Shown here: positions 26,759 to 36,730 of the stretch, piece after piece | Numbering within the stretch: the first letter of the stretch is position 1 | How the letters are laid out: each line of letters opens with the position of its first letter | Made by a program: the position numbers and the translations under genes | The notes under the pieces: model-generated | What the model was told of the DNA's origin: nothing | The model's database searches: none | The model's input: only the letters and a program-made list of their open reading frames with translations | DNA from: Obrimoposthia wandeli | Taxonomy: Eukaryota | Direction of reading: 5' to 3' | Length of the DNA stretch: 64,000 nucleotides | NCBI GenBank assembly: GCA_977020255.1 | Contig: CDROCS010002559.1 | Location: forward strand, 248,001 to 312,000

Positions 26759-27510
26759 ACCTCATGAGGTCATGACCCCCCCTATGCTCAGGAAAAATGT
26801 CTTTGTCTTGAAAGACACACATACAGTAGGGGGATGTAAGTCTTTCAGGACAAATACATTTTGAGCATACCCCCCTTGAGCACAGTTTAAGGTCACGATG
26901 AGGACATGTCCTCATGAGGTCAACTTAAGGTCACGGTGAGGACAAGATGTAGGTCATGACCTCATGAGGTCAAGTCAAGTTAAGGTCATGACGTCATGAG
27001 GACAATGTACTTTAAGGTCAAGTTAAGGTCATGACGTCATGAGGACAATGTCATTTAAGGTCACGCTGAGGTCATAAGATGACTCATCGATGACTCATAT
27101 TCTATTTTTAGTAACATTCTTTAAAATTATATATCTTTTTATCTAAAGGTGGTATTAACACCAATTCAATAAAATACATATCGTGTGTGTGTGTGTTTTC
27201 TAATTTATTTAAATTAAATTATCTACTTATAAAATAAAGTATTATATAATTTGATAAATTTATTTAAACTAAATTCAATTAAATTAAACTATCTACTTAT
27301 AAAATAAAGTATTATATAATTTGATAATCATGTTTAAACGTTCCTGCATCTATCTAACAAAGATAGTCACGAACTGCATCTATATTGCAAATACTTGCAT
27401 CTTTATGTAATCAATAGTAACAAGTATTACATTTATTCTTATACAAGCATGTATATATATGTGTGAGTGTCTAACAAAGACAGTTACGTACTGCATCTAT
27501 ATTGCAATGT
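26759..27510. repeat. Polinton left TIR (outer ~150 bp missing)
   Basis: Reverse complement of ~44965-45728; rich in TCATGA and TGACGTCA palindromes. Confidence 0.9.
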
Positions 27511-27512
27511 AA

Positions 27513-27935
27513 TTACAAAGTTTTTGGTCGGTTAACTAAAAAGTTTAGTTTTTTACCAAGATAGGCACTAGGATCCTTTTCAAATACTTTTGTAAGTTTA
27601 TCTAATTTTACAAAAATATCAAGCATACCATCCCCTTTTTGTATACCATCTCCTTTTTGCAATCCATTCCCATTTTGTATACCTCTCATGTAATCCACAT
27701 TCTTTTTGTGCTTTATAGCTTTTTTATCAACTCCTCCAAACCATCTACCTAAAAGATTTGCTGCCATCATATGAATACCCAAACCCTCCATGATTTTCTT
27801 TTTACTCATAGTCTTTTTAACCTTAGTCTTTTTCGACTTTAATGATTTAGTAGGTTTTTTAGTCATTTTCATAATAAATATTAAAGTATCACTATTGTTT
27901 ATATATATAAAATGAAATAATACAAATAAAGACAC
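27513..27935 (-). CDS. Basic Polinton protein with repeated QxGxG motifs (candidate virion core protein)
   Basis: Lys-rich N-terminus; QNGNG, QKGDG, QKGDG. Confidence 0.5.
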   Translation of the reverse strand: MSLFVLFHFIYINNSDTLIFIMKMTKKPTKSLKSKKTKVKKTMSKKKIMEGLGIHMMAANLLGRWFGGVDKKAIKHKKNVDYMRGIQNGNGLQKGDGIQKGDGMLDIFVKLDKLTKVFEKDPSAYLGKKLNFLVNRPKTL

Positions 27936-27944
27936 AAAAATTAA

Positions 27945-28334
27945 TTAGTCAACTCTAACAGCATCAATTATTTTCCATATCGGAGTTTCCAATCCACTGG
28001 GTCCGATCTTGCATCCTTGAATTCTGATTGAGAGAATCCATTCTAGTTTAGGAGGAGGTACTTCGTATATTGTTCCATTCTCATGCTTGAAAGTGGCATT
28101 CGATCCTTTGATTACAAATTTGTTTTCCTGAAGCGTATAGTTGATTCCGAATTGAGTCAAGATAATATTGATTCTCTCTTTATCCACAGAAGTCAAATTT
28201 GATATTTCAAAATCAAATTTAAGCGGCTCGATGTTGACGGGAAAAATAAAATTATAGTTATGAGCTTTCTTCAAAAAGTGCATCTCATATCCATAATATG
28301 TATGCATAGGTTGATATAGCTTTTCAAAATTCAT
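27945..28334 (-). CDS. Polinton hypothetical protein (possible OB-fold ssDNA-binding protein)
   Basis: Intact 129-aa ORF with a beta-rich C-terminus (ILSIRIQG...PIWKI); functional call is weak. Confidence 0.45.
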   Translation of the reverse strand: MNFEKLYQPMHTYYGYEMHFLKKAHNYNFIFPVNIEPLKFDFEISNLTSVDKERINIILTQFGINYTLQENKFVIKGSNATFKHENGTIYEVPPPKLEWILSIRIQGCKIGPSGLETPIWKIIDAVRVD

Positions 28335-28407
28335 ATTGACAATTATAAATTGAAATATTCAATTGTTTATCCTCTAAAGCTCCCTTCTAATTGGTCGATA
28401 TTCTTGT

Positions 28408-28635
28408 TTATGAAAATCGTTTAGTATTAGTCATATCCTTAAAGGGCTCACGTTCTTCGGTTACGCGCGTAGGACTTGTTATTGTTTGACTTGATAGATT
28501 AATATTTTCTCCCTGATTATTTCTATTATAATTCATATTATAATATAAATTACTACCGGAACCTATATATGTACTAGCTCTACTTTCAATATTTTCATTA
28601 TTTTGATTATCCATTTTCAATAAAATCATTATCAA
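28408..28635 (-). CDS. Small Asn/Ser-rich Polinton ORF
   Basis: 75-aa ORF divergent from the IAP gene; probably frameshifted at its 3' end. Confidence 0.35.
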   Translation of the reverse strand: MIMILLKMDNQNNENIESRASTYIGSGSNLYYNMNYNRNNQGENINLSSQTITSPTRVTEEREPFKDMTNTKRFS

Positions 28636-28767
28636 AATATTGTTTATACTGTTTTATTCTTAAGACAAAGACATCACATGACTATTCTTGTAAAAACCAA
28701 GAATGTGGTCTAAAAATAGATTTTCACTTACTATATAAGCTAGTTAATTTCATCATTTAATTTTGTT

Positions 28768-29769
28768 ATGACTACTAAATTTATTGCATATTATGTTTCA
28801 GAAAACGGAGAACCCACCATTAGACGACGGCGTTTTGATAAGATTTCAAGAATAAATGAAAATATGATATATGAAGAAAGAAGATTAGAATCGTTACAAG
28901 CAAAGTTTACTGGTTTAGCCAATAATAGAGCTTTAGCAAAAGCAGGATTTTACAAGCACGATGATTCGAAAGATAATGTAAAGTTTATTTACTGTCACGG
29001 AGAAATATCGGGATGGGAGTACTATCTGAAACCAATGAAGCGGCATCAGCTATTTTTCCCAAGATGCCCGTTTGTTTTGAAAATGAATGTTTCAAACGTA
29101 CCAATAATTGATTCCAGCACCGCACAAATTGATTTTGATTCAACTCCAATGGATAAAGTAGTTATTGTACTCAATAATAATTCTAATGATATTGAAATAC
29201 CTACATTATCGATTTTCGATCATGTATATATTTGGAATGATTCTTATCGATGTTGTTTCTGTCAGAAAGTAGTACCCCGGCTTGAGTTTATTGATACTAT
29301 GCCCGAAAGAATCTTTCATACTCGATATTGTAAAGCATCTAGTATGGGAATCAAGAACGGATGTATTGTTGAATATCATATTAGTAATGATGAAATTTAT
29401 GCTCAAATGGAAACTCGTCAAATAGTTTTGCTGAAACGTGATTACAGTCATGATAGAATCAAAGCCGTTTTAGTTAATAGGTTTAAAACATTCGGTAACA
29501 AATATGATTCTATATATGAGTTTATAACGGATTTAAGATCTTTAGAAATAAAATCTGAACCAAAACATCGTATAAATTATCTCGAGTACCTCTTACCAAA
29601 TCCCGAATGTGTTGTTTGCATGAGCGATGCGATTTCCGCGGCATTTTTACCATGCGGTCACTTAAACACGTGTATTAAATATTCAGATCGTTTTATTACA
29701 TGTCCATATTGCAAGACAATTATCATTAGAAGAGTAAGAAATATTAGAGTTCATAGCATAGGCAATTAA
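28768..29769 (+). CDS. Inhibitor of apoptosis (BIR plus RING)
   Basis: RRLES...LAKAGFY...VKFIYC...W...P...H....PRCPF (BIR); second degenerate CCFC...H...C; C-terminal CVVC...FLPCGH..TC...CPYC (RING). Confidence 0.88.
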   Translation: MTTKFIAYYVSENGEPTIRRRRFDKISRINENMIYEERRLESLQAKFTGLANNRALAKAGFYKHDDSKDNVKFIYCHGEISGWEYYLKPMKRHQLFFPRCPFVLKMNVSNVPIIDSSTAQIDFDSTPMDKVVIVLNNNSNDIEIPTLSIFDHVYIWNDSYRCCFCQKVVPRLEFIDTMPERIFHTRYCKASSMGIKNGCIVEYHISNDEIYAQMETRQIVLLKRDYSHDRIKAVLVNRFKTFGNKYDSIYEFITDLRSLEIKSEPKHRINYLEYLLPNPECVVCMSDAISAAFLPCGHLNTCIKYSDRFITCPYCKTIIIRRVRNIRVHSIGN

Positions 29770-29841
29770 ACAAAGACATGCAATCTAAATATAAATGTTC
29801 AAATAGTATAAATAGAAGAAATTAGTTTATAATAATCAGAA

Positions 29842-30365
29842 ATGCTACTTCACAATATCAAATTAGTGAATATTAATTACAAGGGAATGGTTGTAAGTAA
29901 CATTCAACACTTACCATTTAGGACTTCGAAGCCTCATCAGTATCGACTCAAGTGGGAAGGTTACACTATTATCATTTTCAAATCTGGTAATTTATTTTTA
30001 CATTTATATATAATTATAATTTAGGGACATGCAGAATAATGGGTTGCACAACAGTGCTGGATGAAAGCAGTCTTCCTTTTGATATAAAAATCGAAAGAAT
30101 CCAATCAATCAGTCTCAGCAGCAATCTAGAAACATCAATAAACCTAAACAAGATGAGCAAGTGTATGGGTTCGGAAGCTGTTTACGAGCCAGAAATCTTC
30201 CCGGGACTTCGATACGTCAAATACAATCCCCTATGCGTGAACATTTTTGCGAGCGGAAAGATTATGATACTTGGTGTTAAATCTTTAAATTATGAGTATC
30301 TGATTGAATGTATTTTGTTTAATATAGATCTTCACACTTGTGTTATTTATTTATTTATTTCCTAA
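29842..30365 (+). CDS. TATA-box binding protein-like, spliced (intron 29987-30024)
   Basis: Repeat 1 TIIIFKSG|TCRIMG is restored by a 38-nt GT-AG intron; repeat 2 YEPEIFPGLRY...NIFASGKIMILGVKS matches the TBP signature. Confidence 0.85.
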
Positions 30366-30515
30366 ACAAAGACAACCAAATAGTCGTAATGTTGCTAAAA
30401 ATAGATTTCTCTTAGAGACAAAGACATCACATGTCATTACTTGCAAATAGTATTAATGTTGTCTAAAATAGAATTTTCTGGGTTATAAACGATATTTGAT
30501 TTGCTTTATCATAAA

Positions 30516-30759
30516 ATGGATGAAATTATTGAATGTAAAGAGGTTCAGCATGCATTAAATGATCTTGGCTCAGTTATTCTCAATGCTTAAATTAGGAAAA
30601 ATAATCACGAGTAATATTTATATGTAGTTTATTTAACTCTTTAGGTTACGTCATCAAATACATTTACATGAGATGTTAAGTACAATGGAAAGGTTGAATA
30701 ATACTCCAATCACATCATATGATGAAACTGATGCTCCAATGAAATCAAACCTCGTTTAG
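30516..30759 (+). pseudogene. Small Polinton ORF with a putative 34-nt intron (30611-30644)
   Basis: ATG after a repeated promoter-like motif; phase-2 GT-AG splice keeps the frame; one internal stop. Confidence 0.35.
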
Positions 30760-30792
30760 TATATAAGAGTAAATTGACTCTGAATTGATAAA

Positions 30793-31140
30793 ATGGAGAA
30801 AATCACATCAGCAACATCATCACTACCAGCAGCAACATCATCAGCAACATCATCACTGGCAACATCATCGCCAGCAACATCATCAGTAACATCATCACTG
30901 GCAGCAACAACAACAGTTATAAGAAGAGAAGAAACTATTGATGAAGTGATGATAGAAGAAGAAATTATTATAGATCCAATTATTGAAGATAAGAGACGGA
31001 TAGATTTTTTAAATGCTTTGGCTTTTATGGAACCCATAATAGCTCATGCTTCCAATATGGAAATGAACCATATGACCCATCTTTTTGATAGTTTGTTTAG
31101 TGCTAGATTTACTCAACATAATGTAGAAAAATTAAACTAA
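30793..31140 (+). CDS. Ser/Thr/Ala-rich low-complexity then acidic protein
   Basis: 115-aa ORF in the operon-like plus-strand run; built from GCAACATCATCA repeats. Confidence 0.5.
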   Translation: MEKITSATSSLPAATSSATSSLATSSPATSSVTSSLAATTTVIRREETIDEVMIEEEIIIDPIIEDKRRIDFLNALAFMEPIIAHASNMEMNHMTHLFDSLFSARFTQHNVEKLN

Positions 31141-31145
31141 CCGCG

Positions 31146-31562
31146 ATGAGTGAGATTTTAGTAAATCAATTATATATTGGTAATTATAGAGATGGGTTTG
31201 ATGAAACTAATCTGTTGAACTCCAATTTCACTCATGTAATCAATACATCTATACTGGATAAAATATCTTATAAGAAATTAAAATATACTTCTGTCTTTGT
31301 AAACTCAAAATTAGGAGAAACAATAATGAAGTATTATAAACAGACTAATAATATAATTAAAGAAACTATCGAAAATGGTGATAAGATTTTAGTATGTGGT
31401 CATTATGGTAGTTTACATGCTGCTTGTATTGTTATTGCATATTTATCTCATTCGATGGGTGTTACTGCTGCTTCCAATCTTGTTAAATCTAAACGGACTA
31501 TTGCTGCTCCTAATGAAGCTATGCTTCATCAAATACGTATTTTTAATCATTATCATGTGTAA
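31146..31562 (+). CDS. Dual-specificity phosphatase fold, catalytically degenerate
   Basis: LYIGNY...FTHVIN...KILV...CIVIAYL...VKSKR...PNE...QI. The P-loop reads VCGHYGSLH in place of VHCxxGxSR. Confidence 0.82.
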   Translation: MSEILVNQLYIGNYRDGFDETNLLNSNFTHVINTSILDKISYKKLKYTSVFVNSKLGETIMKYYKQTNNIIKETIENGDKILVCGHYGSLHAACIVIAYLSHSMGVTAASNLVKSKRTIAAPNEAMLHQIRIFNHYHV

Positions 31563-31582
31563 ATTTTATTCGTCTTTATCTT

Positions 31583-31699
31583 TAATCAGTGTTTTTATTA
31601 ATCAGTATCTTTATTAGTTAGTGTCTTTATTAGTCAGTGTCTTTATTAGTCAGTGTCTTTATTAGTTAGTGTCTTTATTAGTCAGTGTATTTATTAACC
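31583..31699. repeat. 16-bp tandem repeat, ~7 copies
   Basis: Unit TCTTTATTAGTCAGTG. Confidence 0.85.
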
Positions 31700-31755
31700 A
31701 ATCAGATTTCAGATGTATAGTATATAAGCAGATTACTTTTTACTGCTTCTTCATT

Positions 31756-32049
31756 ATGTCCACTCCAAATCATTTCAAGCAAGATGTTGACAAGGCGGTG
31801 AAGAGCTTCATCTCGAAGAATGTCATAGAAGAAGATGTCCTGAAACTCATTGATGTCTCAAATCTACCCCTGGAAGAACACGTAAGAAGAATGGTGCATA
31901 TAATTGATGACAAGGCAGTCAATCTTCTCATTCTGGGATACAATCAGAAGAAAGAACGTGCAAAGAAAGAAGAGAAAAGGAGCTTTTTCTACGAAAAGAG
32001 TTTTTTATTGTTTGTTGCTGGATGTATAATAATAAAATATTTTAAATAG
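31756..32049 (+). CDS. Small protein with a C-terminal hydrophobic tail anchor
   Basis: Likely ATG at 31756 downstream of a TATA box; ends KSFLLFVAGCIIIKYFK. Confidence 0.55.
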   Translation: MSTPNHFKQDVDKAVKSFISKNVIEEDVLKLIDVSNLPLEEHVRRMVHIIDDKAVNLLILGYNQKKERAKKEEKRSFFYEKSFLLFVAGCIIIKYFK

Positions 32050-32092
32050 TTTTGTCTTATAAACATTATCCCGATAATCTAATATTTTTAAT

Positions 32093-32743
32093 ATGAACTT
32101 TAAAAATAATTCAGTTTTTCAGATTGTAGGTCCTAGTGGTAGTGGGAAAACACATTTTGTATGTAAATTACTGCAAAATAATAAATACTTTACCTTTAAG
32201 TTTAATAAGATATACTGGCATCAGGGAGGAGATGGAGAAGCTGGTTTAACCAGTAAAGAGTTTAAGAAAATCAAAAATATAAAAGTCATTAATGGATTCG
32301 ATGATAATTGGTCTGAGCGATTACAACGACATGATGTTATTGTTATTGATGATTTATATCAAGAAGCAAATAAAGAGAGTGATTTCAATAATTTATTCAC
32401 TAAAATAGCACGACATCGGGAAGTAACTGTTGATTTCATCACACAAAATCTATTTCATTAAGGAGGGAACCATAGAACTCATAATTTAAATGTACATTAC
32501 CTTGTTCTCTTCAAGAATCCACGTGATCAGACGGTTGTTGATTTTGTTTCAAGACAAGCTTATCCAAATAATAGAAAGTTCCTAATTGATTCATTTCAAG
32601 ATGCAACTACTATTCCTCATGGATACATTTTTATTGATTTTACTCAAGATTGTCCCGATGACTTTAGAGTTAGAACTGATGTATTCAATCCATCAGGAAT
32701 TACCGTCTATAAACAAACAAAGAAACCAGTTTCTCGAAGATGA
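32093..32743 (+). pseudogene. A32/FtsK-like packaging ATPase
   Basis: GPSGSGKT, VIVIDDL, ARHR...ITQNLF, FKNPRD, HGYIFID. One in-frame stop at 32459-32461. Confidence 0.92.
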
Positions 32744-33129
32744 ATTTTAAAAAGGAAACTGTTAAACCCGAAGTTAAAAAATTGATTAAATCAGTTTTAA
32801 GTGCAAGGAAAATGGTTGCTCAAAAATCCAATAAGAAAAGAACTGTTGTTAAAAAATCTAGGAGTATTGCCTATTTCAATTCTCTCATGCGTGCACCTGC
32901 TATTCGCCGCCTAGCTATTCTTAAATCATTCCCTACTTTTGTAATTGATGATTTACTTAATATGATACAGAAAATAGTTTCTGGTAAAATAATTGTCAAG
33001 GCTAATATGAATCGGCATAAGAAACCTCTACTTGCTTTGTTTCACGCCAAAACACGGATCGGTAAACGTAAGTTGCTTTATAAGCAAAGTGGTGGATTTT
33101 TAGGATTTCTCGTACCAATTATTAGCTGA
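32740..33129 (+). CDS. Conserved basic Polinton protein (QSGGFL type)
   Basis: Basic ORF ending RKLLYKQSGGFLGFLVPII, located between ATPase and integrase. Confidence 0.6.
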   Translation: MNFKKETVKPEVKKLIKSVLSARKMVAQKSNKKRTVVKKSRSIAYFNSLMRAPAIRRLAILKSFPTFVIDDLLNMIQKIVSGKIIVKANMNRHKKPLLALFHAKTRIGKRKLLYKQSGGFLGFLVPIIS

Positions 33130-33265
33130 ATAGTTGGTGCACTTGCTAGTAGACAAATAAAACGATGATTATAAACATAAATTCGATTCAAAAATATGAA
33201 TTTATATATGGGATCACTTCCATCTATTCCTAAATTCAATATAAAAATCAAATCGTCTTGCTGTA

Positions 33266-34293
33266 ATGGAGAAAATATGGTTCGATCCAAGTCACCCCGT
33301 TGGTTACACAGGGGTTTCAAAATTAGCAAAAGAGTCAAAGAAGACAAAAAGGAAACTCAGGCGTGGTTGAGAAATCAATTAGCTTACAGCTTAAACAAAC
33401 CAATGAGACGTCGGTTCCCGACGAGATCATATAAAACGAGCGGCCCGAATGATTTATGGCAAGCAGATTTGATGGAAATGATTCCGTATGCAAGTATTAA
33501 CTACGGACATCGATATATTTTAACTTGTATTGATGTCTTTAGCAGATTCGCGCGAGCTATTCCATTAAAGTCTAAGTCTGGTATCGATGTTTTTGCCGCA
33601 AGGAAGCTTTTGATTAAAGAAATTAAACCAAGAAATTTCCAAACAGACAATGGAAAGGAGTTTTATAATAGACATGTTGGAACACTATTGAAAAAACATA
33701 ATATTAATCATTACTCAGTATTTTCCCAATATAAAGCTGCCCTAGTTGAACGTTTTAATCAAACATTGAGAGATCGATTGAAAAATTATTTCACAAAGCA
33801 GGGAAATAAGTCATGGGTCACTGTTTTACCTCAAATAATACATGCATACAATCATAGTGAACACTCATCATTAGACCGGAAAAGACCCGTTGATGTTACA
33901 GATGAGAGTGCTATGAAAATTTGGCAACGTTGTAACCAAAGTCAAGTTGTAAAGAAACCCAAGTATAAAGTTGGTGATTATGTACGTATTTCTCAAATTA
34001 GTACTACTCCTTTTATAAAGAATTTCAAAGAGAATTGGAGCGATGAAGTATTTCGTATAACTAAAATTGATAATAAACGTGTGCCGGTAATGTATTTCAT
34101 TGAGGATGAAACCAATAATGTAATCACGGGTAAATTTTATCATGAGGAATTACAAGTCTTGCCTGAGAAACCAAATGTATATAGAATCCAAGAAATTTTA
34201 GAGACAAAAGGTAGAGGAAAGCATAAACAATATCATGTTAAGTGGCATGGATATACTGAACCTAGTTGGATATTAGCTTCTCAAATAGAATGA
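33266..34293 (+). CDS. Polinton retroviral-like integrase with chromodomain
   Basis: MEKIWFDPSHPVGYTG (frameshift) ... WQADL, CIDVFSRF, QTDNGKEF, VERFNQTL, YHVKWHGY..PSW. Confidence 0.92.
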
Positions 34294-35328
34294 ACTCAAT
34301 GTATGTTGTATTACCAAGTAATGGTTCGCCATTAACTCAGCCGAATAATACTGCTAATAGTTTTAGTATTGATTATCAAAGCTCAATCAATTTACCCGGT
34401 GCTTGGGAAGCTGCTCTTACGGAAATTTCTTTCAATTACTCTCCTCTATCTATTCAAAGTGAAACTGAGATTGAATATATTACCAAACAAGAAGCTGATA
34501 AAGTAACTGATGTGACTTTACTATTTGATAAGGGTCAAATGGATTTGGCTCGTATTAAGTCAGGCGATGATTTCACAATCTATTTAAATAAAGAGAATCG
34601 AATTCAAATTATGGGAAAAGGGGATAATTTTGAAATAGTTTTTAATGATGAAATTGTTGCAGAACAATATGGATTTCCGTCTAACGTTGAAAAAGGTAAG
34701 CATGCAGTTTCGGGAATTATGGATAATCATGTCAAGTATCCGATAATTACATTCAAGATAAAAAACAGATTCACTAAACGCGAGAGGAAAATATATTCAG
34801 TTCCCAATGATTTTCTTTTTCCCGATAGCGAAAGCATGTGTAAACATTTTAAAACAGTGTTACCAAATGTATTTGAAAACTTTAAACTAGTTAATAAATT
34901 GATTCATTTCAAATTTAAATCAAATATTGTTAAAGTTGTGATGGATAAATCATTAGCCTCAATTATCGGTTTTGATGAAAATGAATTTGAAAATAAAAAT
35001 GAGGTTTTAAAAAAAAAAAAAAAAAAAAGCAAAGATTATTCCTAAAATGACTAATGCATATAATCAGATTTATATCTACACGAGTATTACCGAACAAATA
35101 TTCGTAGGAGGAAGGAAACTTCCCTTAATTAAAGCAATTTGGGTTCAACAGGAAAAGCACAAGTATGGTGATGTTATACATATTCCAATTGAAAATCCAA
35201 TGTATATTCCCGTGAGTTCTTCTTCTATAAACAATATTGAAGTTAATATACGTAATGATTCTGGAAGATTAATTACATTTGCTTACGGAGCTAAAACAAG
35301 TTTAACGGTTCATTTTCGTAAATTATGA
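34290..35328 (+). pseudogene. Minor capsid protein (penton, PX), frameshifted at a poly-A tract
   Basis: YVVLPSN...NNTANSF...LPGAWEAALTEI; C-terminal IYIYTSI...VGG...PMYIPV...IEVNIRNDSG...VHFRK. Confidence 0.85.
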
Positions 35329-35687
35329 TTGATTCAAGTATAATCGATGCGTATAGTAAACCGATGCAAGGAGGTGATTTACCTTATTTTGCGGGAAAAC
35401 AGTATGGATCAGGATGGCTGAAGGTTTTTGGTCGCTTTGCTTTCCCACTACTCAAGCGACTCGGGAAATTTATTCCTAATGTTGGATAAAAATACTTGTC
35501 TGGTGATGGGAAATTTCTTCCCACACTAAAGAATGTAGCCTTGGATCAGGTGAATGAAATTTCACCAAGTCTAGCTGAATTTTTGAAAAAGAAAACTCAA
35601 AAGGGAAGTGGTTATAAACGTAAGAAAACATCTAAAGCATCGGGTATAAACAAACGTTTGAAACTAGGTGGAACAATTTTTAAGTAA
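35325..35687 (+). pseudogene. PZ-like basic core protein
   Basis: QGG, QYGSG...FGRFAFPLLKRLG, QKGSG; one stop; ATGA/TAATG overlaps with penton and MCP. Confidence 0.6.
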
Positions 35688-36730
35688 TGAGTTGTGCTAA
35701 AACTGAATTGTGTATATTCGATAAACCTATACCTCAGGTTGTGGCTGATAGTGCTAGTTTTGAAGAAATATTTCCGACAAATACGGTTAACGGTACATCT
35801 TCTCCGGATTTAGAATTCAATATTAATGGATCCAATACTCAATATCTTGATTTGAATGATAGTTTATTTCTCGTTAAATTGAAAGTTACAAAGGAAGGAG
35901 GAGGTGATTTGGATGATGATTTGGATATCAAATCAGCTAATTACATGTTGCATACTCTTTTCAAGGATGTGATTCTCAGTCTCAATAATGTGAAAGTTGA
36001 GGGAAATAATACTAGTTACACCCATAAAGCAATGATTGAAACATTACTGAATTACGGTAATGATACGAAATTGATTAATCTTGATGCAATTGGGTTTGAT
36101 GATGATGAAAAAAGAAGAACAGCTTCGATTGCGAAATCTAAAGTATTGTCACTTTGTGGGAGTCTCCATTTGGATTTCTTTAAGCAACCAAAGTATATTT
36201 TACCCGGTGTAAGTACACATATTCGAATGAAGAGAAATCCAGTAGGTTTTAGTGTTGTTTGCGCCGATACTATTAAAACCGCAATTGAGATTACGGAAGC
36301 AAAACTGTTGGTTCGAAGAGTAAAGGTGGAACCATCTGTACTTGTTGCACATCGAATAGGGTTGGAGAAGCAAAATGCATGTTATCCTATTAGAAAAACT
36401 AATCTTGTTTCTTACGCTATCCCTACGGGGGCTCTATCTTATTACAAGGATCAGATTTTTGGTGATATGCAACTTCCAAACTTTGTTTTAATTGCTTTTC
36501 AAAAAACCTCTACCTATGGATGTGAGTCTAAAAATGAGGTTTCTCAATTTGAATACACGAATGTGAGTTCAATTAAACTTGCACGAAATATTGATTATCA
36601 AGAATCTTATACGAATGACTTTGAAATTAATGATTATGTATTTTCTTATGTGCAATCTTTAATTAGAAATCTTGGTCATTTGGATAAGGATGCTAATATT
36701 GGAATTTCAATGACTGATTTCAAGGATAAG

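Noticed and set aside
26694-26915. 73-aa ORF across the Gypsy/TIR junction
   Set aside because: Spans non-coding TIR sequence; chance ORF.
30756-31037. Minus-strand 93-aa ORF
   Set aside because: Antisense of the low-complexity plus-strand ORF.
33196-33330. N-terminus of the 365-aa integrase ORF as given
   Set aside because: The conserved start MEKIWFDPSHP is in another frame at 33266; the ORF-track N-terminus is a frameshift artefact.
35005-35030. Programmed frameshift in penton
   Set aside because: A ~21-nt poly-A run is more simply replication slippage or sequencing error.
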